Shown here in pieces: positions 1 to 9,763 of a stretch of 64,000 nucleotides of DNA. Every line of letters begins with the position of its first letter. The first letter of the stretch is position 1. The position numbers were made by a program, and so were the translations under genes. The notes under the pieces were generated by a model. The model did no database searches. It was given only the letters and a program-made list of their open reading frames with translations, and was not told where the DNA came from. Source of the stretch: Macrostomum hystrix (Eukaryota > Animalia > Platyhelminthes); assembly GCA_950097015.1 (NCBI GenBank), contig CATNEN010000002.1, positions 7,192,001 to 7,256,000 on the forward strand, read 5' to 3'.

Positions 1-805
1 ATTAAGCTTAATAAAATTACGTGTACCGATTCCGGCCCAATTGTGATATTTTGGCGAAGGAATTGTGAAAATCGGTTAAGCCGTTCGGGAGCTAGTCGAT
101 TGCAAACAAGCAAGCAAGATTTTCATTTTTAGTATATTAGACTAGCTGCCTTCGCTACCCTCTGGGTAGCCTCCCTGTGAGTTCTTATCAGTACGCGCGT
201 GCGTTATCAAAACTGGCTCTGATGCAATCATTAAAATTGGCACTGGAGGCCTCACTGTGCACAAGCTGAAAACAAGAATGCATTAGAAAAGCCTATTTAA
301 AACTGTTTTTCGAATATTTAATCCCCTTGCCAATGGAATTAAGCTTAATAAAATTACGTGTACCGATTCCGGCCCATTTGTGATCTTTTGGCGAAGGAAT
401 TGCGAAAATCGGTTGAGCCGTTCGGGAGCTAGTCGATTGCAAACAAGCAAGCAAGATTTTCATTTTTAGTATATTAGACTAGCTGCCTTCGCTACCCTCT
501 GGGTAGCCTCACTGGAGTTCTTATCAGTTCGTTATCAAAACTGGCTCTGATGCAATCATTAAAGTTGGCACTGGAGCCTCACTGTGCACAAGCTGAAAAC
601 AAGAATGCATTAGAAAAGCCTATTTAAAACTGTTTTTCGAATATTTAATCCCCTTGGCAATGGAATTAACCTTAATAAAAATACGTGTACCGATTCCGGC
701 CCATTTGTGATCTTTTGGCGAAGGAATTGCGAAAATCGGTTGAGCCGTTCGGGAGCTAGTCGATTGCAAACAAGCAAGCAAGATTTTCATTTTTAGTATA
801 TTAGA
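1..805 (-). mobile_element. Tandem ~330-bp non-autonomous Helitron-like units (family A); complete units 142-478 and 479-805, first unit cut by window edge
   Basis: On the minus strand each unit starts TCTAATATACTAAAAATG, has a (CTTG)n microsatellite, and ends GCTACCC-AGA-GGGTAGC hairpin + GAAGGCAG + CTAG; junctions read CTAG|TC. Confidence 0.85.
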
Positions 806-899
806 CTAGCATGTTTTGCCCCCCTTCGGGGAGCAGAAATACTTTTAATTCGTCTAGTATATACTTTTTAGCAGCTGAATTTACAGCTTTTTATAGCTA

Positions 900-1770
900 C
901 AATGAACCCCCAGTTGACAATGATCCCCCAGCCCCAGTTGATGATGATCCCCAAGTTGATGATGATCCCCTAGTTGACAATTCTCCCAGTTGACAATGAT
1001 CCCCCAGTTGACAATGAACCCCCAGTTGACAATGAACCCCCAGTTAACAAAGATCCCCCAGTTGACAATGATCCCCCAGTTGACAATGATCCCCCAGTTG
1101 ACAATGATCCCACAGTTGACAATGATCCCCCAGTTGACAAAGATCCCCAGTTCACAATGATCCCCCAGTTGTCAATGATCCCACAGTTGAAAATGATCCC
1201 CCAGTTGACAATGATCCCCCAGTTGACAATGATCCCCCAGTTAACAATGATCCCCAAGTTAACAAAGATCCCCCAGTTCACAATGATCCCCCAGTTGATG
1301 ATGACTCCCCATTGATGATGATCCCCAGTTAACAATGTTCCTCCAGTTGACAATGTTCCCCCAGTTGACAATGATCCCCCAGTTGATGATGATCACCCAG
1401 TTGACAATGATCCCCCAGTTGACAATGATCCCCCAGTTGACAATGATCCCCCTGTTGACAATGATCCCCCAGTTGATAATGATCCCGCGCGTTGACAATG
1501 ATCCCACAGTTGACAATGATCCCCCAGTTGACAATGATCCCCCAGTTGACAAAGATCCCCAGTTCACAATGATCCCCCAGTTGATGATGATCCCCCAGTT
1601 GAAAATGATCCCCCATGCAGTTGACAATGATCCCCCAGTTGAAAATGATCCCCCAGTTGACAATGATCCCCCAGTTGACAATGATCCCCCAGTTGACAAT
1701 GATCCCCCAGTTTACCATGATCCCCCAGTTCACCATGATCCCCATTTTGATGATGACTCCCCAGTTGACG
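900..1770. repeat. 18-bp minisatellite (GTTGACAATGATCCCCCA)n
   Basis: Directly visible tandem monomers with point variants; further blocks at 15345-16076, 17356-18087, 19780-20511 and 36172-37772. Confidence 0.97.
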
Positions 1771-1784
1771 TTGATTTTTCAAAC

Positions 1785-2785
1785 GCTGGGTTAGCCAAGA
1801 TTCAAACTCAGGTTTCGCCATGTTTTAAACCCTGGTGGGCTATGATTCAAACTCTCGTTTTGCCATGATTCAAACTCTGGTTTAGCCATGATTCAAACGC
1901 TGGGTTAGCCATGATTGAAACTCGGTTTTTGCCATGATTCAAACTCTGGTTTAGCCATGATTCAGACTCTAGTTTAGCCATGATTCAGACTCTGGTTTAG
2001 CCATGATTCAGACTCTGGTTTAGCCATGATTCAGACTCTGGTTTAGCCATGATTCAGACTCTGGTTTAGCCATGATTCAGACTCTGGTGTAGCCATGATT
2101 CAAGATCTGGTTTAGCCATGATTCAGACTCTAGTTTAGCCATGATTCAAGATCTGGTTTAGCCATGATTCAGACTCTAGTTTAGCCATGATTCAGACTCT
2201 GGTTTAGCCATGATTCAGACTCTATTTTAGCCATGATTCAGACTCTGGTTTAGCCATGATTCAGACTCTAGTTTAGCCATGATTCAGACTCTAGTTTAGC
2301 CATGATTCAGACTCTGGTTTAGCCATGATTCAGACTCTATTTTAGCCATGATTCAGACTATGGTTTAGCCATGATTCAGACTCTATTTTAGCCATGATTC
2401 AGACTATGGTTTAGCCATGATTCAGACTCTGGTTTAGCCATGATTCAGACTCTGGTTTAGCCATGATTCAGACTCTGGTTTAGCCATGATTTAAACGATG
2501 GTTTAGCCATGATTCAAACTCTGGTTCGCTATGATTCAAACGATGCTTTAGCCATGATTCAAACAATGGTTTAGCCATGATTTAAACAATGGTTTAGCCA
2601 TGATTCAAACAATGGTTTAGCCATGATTCAAACAATGGTTTAGCCATGATTTAAACGATGGTTTAGCCATGATTCAAACAATGGTTTAGCCATGATTCAA
2701 ACGATGGTTTAGCCATGATTCAAACTCTGGTTTAGCCATGATTCAAACTCTGGTTTAGCCATGATTCAGACTCTGGTTTAGCTAT
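1785..2785. repeat. 23-bp satellite I (GCCATGATTCAGACTCTGGTTTA)n, left part, interrupted by the CACTA element
   Basis: Tandem monomers; array resumes at 14551 after the AT TSD. Confidence 0.97.
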
Positions 2786-3378
2786 CCCAGTGGGAAAAAA
2801 CGTTCCGCCTGACGTTCCGGCGACCGTCCGTTTTTGGTCGGGCGACCGGATTTTAGGCGGTATTAATGTCCGCACGCCTGGCGCGCCGGGCGGGCCCGCC
2901 CCGGGCGACTGTTATATATATTTTTAGCTTAAAATCCTTTCAATCTACTGTTAGTAGCATGTGATGAAACTCCATGAGTCTGATTTCTAGCTAGCTGCTT
3001 CCCATTCCCGCTTTCCGCTCGCTACCCGCTTATTGCTCCCGCTCCTCGCTACCCGCTCCTGTCCCACTCATTCCCGTGTTACTACGCGTTGAATCGATTA
3101 TTCCAGTACGTCACATCAGCAAGATAATGGAACTAGTATACCCTGCATGAGAGGCGTAAATATTTTATTTAAGCTAGCATTTTCGATTGTATTTACGAGC
3201 GTATAATTTAAGTAGTAAAAAATTACATTTAATAATATGGAACATGCAACATAAAGTTATGACACGCAAGACATGGCATAAATTAAAGTAAAAAGTGCGA
3301 AGCTCAAATGTAAAATTAAGTTAAGTAATGCATTTTTCAGTTCAGGGGATTTCTGTTTCAGCATAATAAATAAAGTTT

Positions 3379-5625
3379 TCAGCTGGACGGATCTTCGTCC
3401 GAAGAATCCGAAATAAGTGCCACCATTGTTCGGCGCCTCTTGGCTTGCGGTTGCAGCTCGCTGCGTGGCTGCTGCACGTCTGCTAAAGCAGCTGGCGAAG
3501 CTACCAGACTGAGGCGCTGACGCGGCTCGGGTCTCGGCGTCAGGTGCAGTCTGCAGCCCGTTGCTGCCGGCGACTCTGCGAGACCGATTGATGAAGCTGC
3601 AGCCGCCTGCTCAGGCGTGCCGGTGTGAAGACGAGCCGGATGGCCATCAGTTCGACGCCTGTGCACTCTCGGCGTTGATCGATCGCTGGCATGCTTTAGA
3701 ACGGCCTTAATGGCCTCCTTGACATCATGCTTCAGCGTCTGCGGCGGCTTCTCCGGTGGCTTGTAGAAGCCTTTAGCAGTGTCTGATGTGTTAAATGAAG
3801 TAAGGTAATACCTTATAAACAAATTTACGTTTTTTGCATGCGTAAAAACTCAGCTACTTGCTAGTAGTTTGGTTTAAAAATACAGTAGCGGCATGAAATT
3901 TGAATTTTGGTACTCTTTAATTCTTCAAAGTTGTTTAAGGGTTGCTACTTGCAGTAGGATATAAAGAATAGTAGATGATGTGAAATATGTTATTCGTATA
4001 CGGCACTTCTTATCTGAATTTTCCCGAAGGCAATACTGATTCTTACCAAAAAAAATGTCCAAGAAATTCTGCCGAACGCTGAGCTGTTTCTCACTGAGCT
4101 CGGTCGGAACTTCTCGCAAAGCCCTAGCAGGCATTCCAAGTCCCGTCAGGTTAACCCCGCACTGGAAGGCTGGCGTCATTGCGGTGTCCAACATCATCCG
4201 CACGGAGGAGCGTAAATCTGCACCCTGGCAGCAGTGCAGCAACGCCACCTGTTCGGGTGAAACAGGTGGGAGAGCAAATTACTACGATTATGTGTGCTCC
4301 TATTGTACCTGAGAACAATCTGAGTACCTCAGCGTCAAATCTGTTCGACACACCCTATTGCACCACATATAATGAGCTCACCAATTCGCGAATGTTCTCC
4401 AAGGGAGATATCGCAAAGTGGACATAATCCTGCCAACTTGAAATTGGCCAGAATCTTGTCTGCGGCTCGCCTGCCGTGTCCGGCTCGCCTACCGAAGCGG
4501 CAGCTGAAGCAGGCGACGGCGCAACTGAGGCAGCGGATAATCTGGCGTAAGCCGCTCGCAAGCCAGCCATTTCCTGACGCAGAGCCGACTGCTCCCTTTC
4601 CCTGGTGGCGTGCTCGTCTGTCAGTTTACGCAGCAGGCAGAGCAACAGAAAGCTGTGGCCCTCTGAACTCGTCAGGCTGCAGTTCATCGCAGCCTGGGCT
4701 TTCTCTCCTAGCCGACGGATGACCTCGTTACCCGGCCAATTCAGGAAAGCCAGATCGGCTCGGGGTTCGAACTCCATCGCGTCGCCCGCTGCAGTTGCTG
4801 CTGCTGCTGCTGCCGCCGCATTCGGGGACTTCGGCCGGCAAGACGCGTCGGCGTCGCTGTCCGCCGCAGCTGCAGCCCCTGTCGGCGACTCCGGCCGACA
4901 AGACGCATCAGCGCCACTGTCCGCTGCAGCCACGGATACAGCCACCGTCCGAGCATCCTCATCGTCCGATGACTGCAACTCGTCGTCGTCCTCAGGGGCA
5001 AGTTGCGCCTCCGTAGTTGCGCGGCCTCGCTGAAAATTGATGAGCGACTTGGTCCGACAGGTCTCTTGAACGTCGGAGTCCTCGACCGCTGCCGTCGCTT
5101 TGGTGGCGCGCCCGTTTACAAAGGCATCGCTGTCGAGATCGGACTGCTCAGACTTCTCACCCTGCGCAATCGAGAAAGCAATTTGCAAATACTTTAGGAT
5201 CGTATATAGATAGATAGATAGATAAATGCAGGAATTTATTTTCCGTTTATTATATAACGAACCTGTGCCTGATACAGACGGCGGGCTAGCTTGGCATCCG
5301 AGGGCTCAAAGACTCGCGGCCTCAGCTTAATGAGAATGTCTGGTATGCTCATTCTCTTCTGCAGCAGTTTCCGGACGTAGCGGATACTGACCTCCGTGTC
5401 CGTCGGCACCAACTGGTTTGGATCTTCCAGGTGCACCTGGATGATGATCGCGTTGTACGCTACGCCTTCGTAGGTCGCGTCGCACATCCAGGCTTCCTGG
5501 GCGTCTTTTTTCTCCAACCACTTCTCCCGCGACCATCCCTCCATTTCGCTGGGAAGGAAGACGTTGGTCTCAGGAACTTCCACAACCTGTCTGTCCTTTT
5601 TGAAAATTACGATGAATTTCATCAT
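3379..5625 (-). CDS. Spliced accessory gene of the CACTA element, DUF4806-like; exons 5625-5263, 5191-4382, 4248-4047, 3782-3379 (592 aa predicted)
   Basis: All three introns are GT-AG with matching phases (CAG|GTTCGT, TTG|GTGAGC, TTG|GTAAGA); total 1779 nt, open; joined protein has IRELVALLHCCQGADLRSSVRMML...NLTG...EAIKAVLKHASDR resembling DUF4806 proteins (family call from recalled motif only). Confidence 0.75.
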
Positions 5626-5944
5626 GTCGTAGACTCTCAGTTGAGTTTGGCTTCTGAATAGTTAGGACACTATATTCATATACCTGAGCTCAACTCAACT
5701 CAACGATCTATTACTCAGCCCCCCCCCGATGCAGGTTGCTCATTGGCTGCCTGGGATTCACGTTTGGGATCACTTCCTCAGCCGCTCCCTGCACATTCCC
5801 CAACTCCGTCTCCCTCTCCGTCAACCCTCTTTCTTTTTTAATTTTTCGTTATCACATTTTCTTACTACAGAATGTAATGCTATAATGCTATTATTTCTAC
5901 TATAATACTGGTACAATGACTATTCCTTTAATAGAAAAATCATA

Positions 5945-7945
5945 TTGACCCCTATAGATAGAATGTATACAAGCAGGCAAAAGCGGCGGCGTGTTGAGCA
6001 GCTGACTGATCTTCTGTTTAGTACCGACCGCAGGGCTAATACAAATGCAAAGTGCACTGTGAATGCTGTGAGCCAGGTAGAGTCGCAAGAGGCTGAAGAC
6101 GTGCTGCAGGAAGTGGCTACTGAATCACTCCACCACCCTGTTTGCGTTGACGAGCTGCCAGAGGAGCCTCTGACAAGCGGCTTAGAGCAAGAAGAGGCCA
6201 TTTTCGACTCCGAACTCCGCGTGGAAGATCAGCGGAGCATGGAAACGAAGCTGCTCGACCTTCTCGTTGTCTTCTTCGTTCTCTACAATGTCCCTCGGGA
6301 GGGCATTGACTTCCTTTGCCAAGGACTCAACAAGCTTGGAGTACCGGCCCCGAAGTCTGCTTACGTGATTCGGAGTCGTCTGGAGGAAAGCAAGTCCGGA
6401 GGAAAGGAGCAGAAGATGTCCATGGTGAAAGTTGGTGAGGGGTACTTCAGGTACATTTCTATAGTCTCTAATCTCAAATGGCTATTCTCGAAAGGTCTCT
6501 TAAGACTCACAACACCAGATCCCTTGAGTTCAACGGACGAATATAAAGTCTACAGCTTGAATGCTTTTGTGAACTCTGACGGCCTCCCAACTTTTAAGTC
6601 GTCCAACTTTGGTCTATGGCCTCTTCTGATGAGGATTCCCGAGGTCTTCGCCAGGCCCTTTGCTATTGGACTTTATGCTGGCAAAGGCAAAGCCCCACTT
6701 GACGACTATCTTCGCGAATTCTGCAAGGAGGCCACAGAACTGTCAAGACAGCCGGTGAAAATATGCGACTCGATTGGCATAATGTTTAAAAGCTTTTGCT
6801 TCGTTGTGGACACCCCCGCTCGATCGTACCTGTGTAGAATCGCAGGACACACTGCTTACGATGGGTGCAGCTATTGCCGAGCCCATGGGCTTTATGTTCA
6901 GGGCAGAGTGACTTTTCCTACGAAGGTCGAAGCACCTAGAAGTGCAAAAGAATACCGCGCAGGACAGGAAACCAATCAGGCGAATAGAAGACTGTCGCCA
7001 TTGCTGAATGTTCCGAATGTCGACTTTGTCAAGTCCTTTCCGGTCGAGGTTCAGCATGCAGTTTTTTTGGGAACCGTTCGCCGACTGTTTACTTATCTGT
7101 TTGACAAGGATGAGGGCCGGAACTGCAAGATTAAGCCAAAAAAGATTAGTCTTCTGTCTGACAGGATAGAGTCGATCGCCAGCTGGACTCCTTCAGAATT
7201 TCAGCGGAGACCCAGGAGATTGGACAAGGACCTCAAGTTTCTGAAGGCCAGTGAATACAGGCAATGGGTTCTGTACCTAGCACCTGTACTTTTTAAGGGC
7301 GTTCTGCCTGACTACCTGTTCGACAATTTCATGCTGCTGCACTACGCACTCTTCGTGTACTCCTCACCTCGCCACTCAAAGCGCTTCATTCAGGCAAAGA
7401 CTTCAATTGAGGTTTTCGTGCAGCAATGTGCCACTTACTTCGGGCAGGTGTCCATTAGCTATAATATGCATGCACTTCTGCACCTGGATGACTTCGTCCG
7501 GCACTATGGAGGACTGGCAGACATCACGACATTTCCCTTCGAAAATTACCTAGGCGGACTCAAACGGCGCATCAAAGTTACGCGACACATGGCTGCCCAT
7601 TCAGTGAAACAGATTCTGCTGCTTCGAGAACTAACTACAGACGATGCAGTACGCCGGATCCAGTTTTCCAACAAGAAGCGGGACAACTGCTGCTATATTA
7701 GCAAGAAAGTCGTTTTAATCGACAACATCAGTGGAGCTGTGGCGGAGGGGAGAGTCCTGCAACCTGTGGAGAACGTGTACACGTATCCCTACAAATCTTT
7801 GACTTTGGGCATTGGTGTCTACCGCCTGACTGAAGAGTCTGCAACTGGTAGTCCGACCCACAAGTGCTGGCTTCTGCCGCATGTCGACTGTGCGAGGTCT
7901 GATCTCTTCTTCGTGATTCCGCTGGCTGGAGAAGATGGATATTAG
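5945..7945 (+). CDS. EnSpm/CACTA-family DDE transposase, 666 aa, uninterrupted
   Basis: Motifs SDGLPTFKSS..LWP, VDTPAR...GHTAYDGCSYC, HAVFLGTVRRL, KASEYRQWVLY, NMHALLHL, FPFENY characteristic of EnSpm-like transposases. Confidence 0.92.
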   Translation: MTPIDRMYTSRQKRRRVEQLTDLLFSTDRRANTNAKCTVNAVSQVESQEAEDVLQEVATESLHHPVCVDELPEEPLTSGLEQEEAIFDSELRVEDQRSMETKLLDLLVVFFVLYNVPREGIDFLCQGLNKLGVPAPKSAYVIRSRLEESKSGGKEQKMSMVKVGEGYFRYISIVSNLKWLFSKGLLRLTTPDPLSSTDEYKVYSLNAFVNSDGLPTFKSSNFGLWPLLMRIPEVFARPFAIGLYAGKGKAPLDDYLREFCKEATELSRQPVKICDSIGIMFKSFCFVVDTPARSYLCRIAGHTAYDGCSYCRAHGLYVQGRVTFPTKVEAPRSAKEYRAGQETNQANRRLSPLLNVPNVDFVKSFPVEVQHAVFLGTVRRLFTYLFDKDEGRNCKIKPKKISLLSDRIESIASWTPSEFQRRPRRLDKDLKFLKASEYRQWVLYLAPVLFKGVLPDYLFDNFMLLHYALFVYSSPRHSKRFIQAKTSIEVFVQQCATYFGQVSISYNMHALLHLDDFVRHYGGLADITTFPFENYLGGLKRRIKVTRHMAAHSVKQILLLRELTTDDAVRRIQFSNKKRDNCCYISKKVVLIDNISGAVAEGRVLQPVENVYTYPYKSLTLGIGVYRLTEESATGSPTHKCWLLPHVDCARSDLFFVIPLAGEDGY

Positions 7946-9094
7946 GTGAGATTTCGAAGCAGTTATTTCGAAAATATAATAGACTGAGAGTGATAAGTTG
8001 ATACGTTGCAGTAGACAGAGAAGTAGAGGGAGAGTAATGTACTCGTATATTTATATCCAATTTTCTGAGAGTGAGATTATGTAGAGAAAGCTAGGGGGAA
8101 GAGGCGATGAAGATGGAGAGAGGAATAGACTAGCAGATTAAGTAGATCTGCTGATTCGGGGGAATCGAATGTCAAGGTACCCTAAATAAAATAAATGAAG
8201 TAGATTGAGCAAGTAAGGTTACAATCCTCTCGCAACTCCTTATCTTCAATGCAGGAAGTGTTCCGACTCCTCTGCTCTTACTGCCGAATCTGCAGCTGTC
8301 TGGTGCTCGGGAATTGTTTGGGAACATTCAGTCATTGATAAACCGATTTGTGTCTGATGCCATGCCGTGTCTTGTACGGTGACATTATAATGACATACAA
8401 TACCCACGTGCTTTTGCACATTTTGCACATTGTCTTAGCTGAATGCGATGGAAATTTGTTTGCTAGGAATACCCGTTTAGCGCAATAGGTATTTCGATTA
8501 TTTATATTTGAATGTTTCTTCTTTTATGCTTGCTACGGAATATCTCATGAAGTGAAATATATTTGTATATGTATATTTTTAGGAGAGAGTTAGCGTTTTC
8601 AATTCTGCATTTTTTCGAGCTTGAACGACCTGAGTCTGGGTTATGAATAATTCATTTCTCTGTTGTTCGTAAAACAAATACAAGACTATTAATACCAGCT
8701 ATTTCATTTTCGAAGCCTTTCATTTGCACGAAGTGTCAGTTGTTTGTTGCCACCTGCATTCAGTATTTAGAATCAAAAGCAAGATATATATGGAAACCTA
8801 AAGACGAACTAACTCTACATCTGTTCATGGGGCTATGGGATGGCATACGGGCATACAGATAAGATATGGGCTGTGCTCCGCTACCTCAGACACTCAATCA
8901 TCCTGTCATATACAGTTTTATGACAGGAAGACTGTTTTAACCGCAGGCCCTTATCGAAGAATATATGGTCTGTTGCGCGGAACTCGTGAGTAAGTAAGCA
9001 ACTGGACACGGGGGGACAATGCTTCTCCCTCCGTCTTTCCCCCCCCCAGTTGGGGGTATTAATAGTCTTGTTCATTTATTATTCATATAACCCC

Positions 9095-9763
9095 TGGGGC
9101 TTGGGGGTCTTTGTACTCCCGGGGGTCCGCAGTCTGTGGTTGCAAACAAAGGCCAATATTTTTATCTGCTTTTGCCAGGGAAGATTATTCGCTTGCTTTG
9201 TTTATCGATGGAGCTCTGAGTGTAGAAACTGGTGAGACAACTCCCCGCGAAACCCCCATTTTCCGGGCCACAGACCAAAGACCAAGGAATAGAATTAGAC
9301 TGCGCATGTAGCATGGCCTGCCTGTGCGTGTTTTGGGACAAAAAACCAATGCAAAAGATGGTCCCCGCTCTTCCCCTCAACTGGTCAATAGTGTGTGTGT
9401 TAGTGGAGTTCCTTATTGTAAATGTATCTAAAAAGGCGCATTTCCAACTAATTGGGTTGATCACTTCCAAACCTGATTATCAGAAACGAAACTGCATTTT
9501 TATTCCTTGGTCTGTTAGGGCTGACTGGGAAATTGAAAATTTTTCGATAGGAAAAAAGGCAAATTGGCGCTAAAACCAAAAAACAATAGCTCTGTGAACT
9601 TTTTATGCAAAGGCTTGCGATGGTATGAATGTCTCTCTCTTTCCCTTCTCTTTGTTCTGTCACGAAAATATTTACCGGAGAGACACAAGCCACATTTTAA
9701 ATACATGGCCTAAAGGTGTTGAAAAAAGTCTAAAAAATATGCTAGGATCTACGATAACTATTA
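9095..9763. repeat. 669-bp direct repeat, left copy (apparent target duplication of the LINE)
   Basis: Matches 12061-12729 (offset 2966) with no difference found by eye; four ORF-track peptides are identical in both copies. Confidence 0.95.

Noticed and set aside
180-280. Hammerhead ribozyme/retrozyme in the ~330-bp unit (CTGATG...GAAA)
   Set aside because: The core reads CTGATGC rather than CUGANGA and stems I/III do not close correctly; Helitron termini explain the unit better
811-1868. Repetitive ORFs (VDNDPP, LTMIPQ, NWGIIV) and their copies at 15-20 kb and 36-38 kb
   Set aside because: They arise because the 18-bp monomer is a multiple of 3 and stop-free in several frames; frames switch freely through indels and both strands are open
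7946-9094. Additional genes in the right arm of the CACTA element (also 12730-14100)
   Set aside because: Only short ORFs without motifs or consistent splice signals
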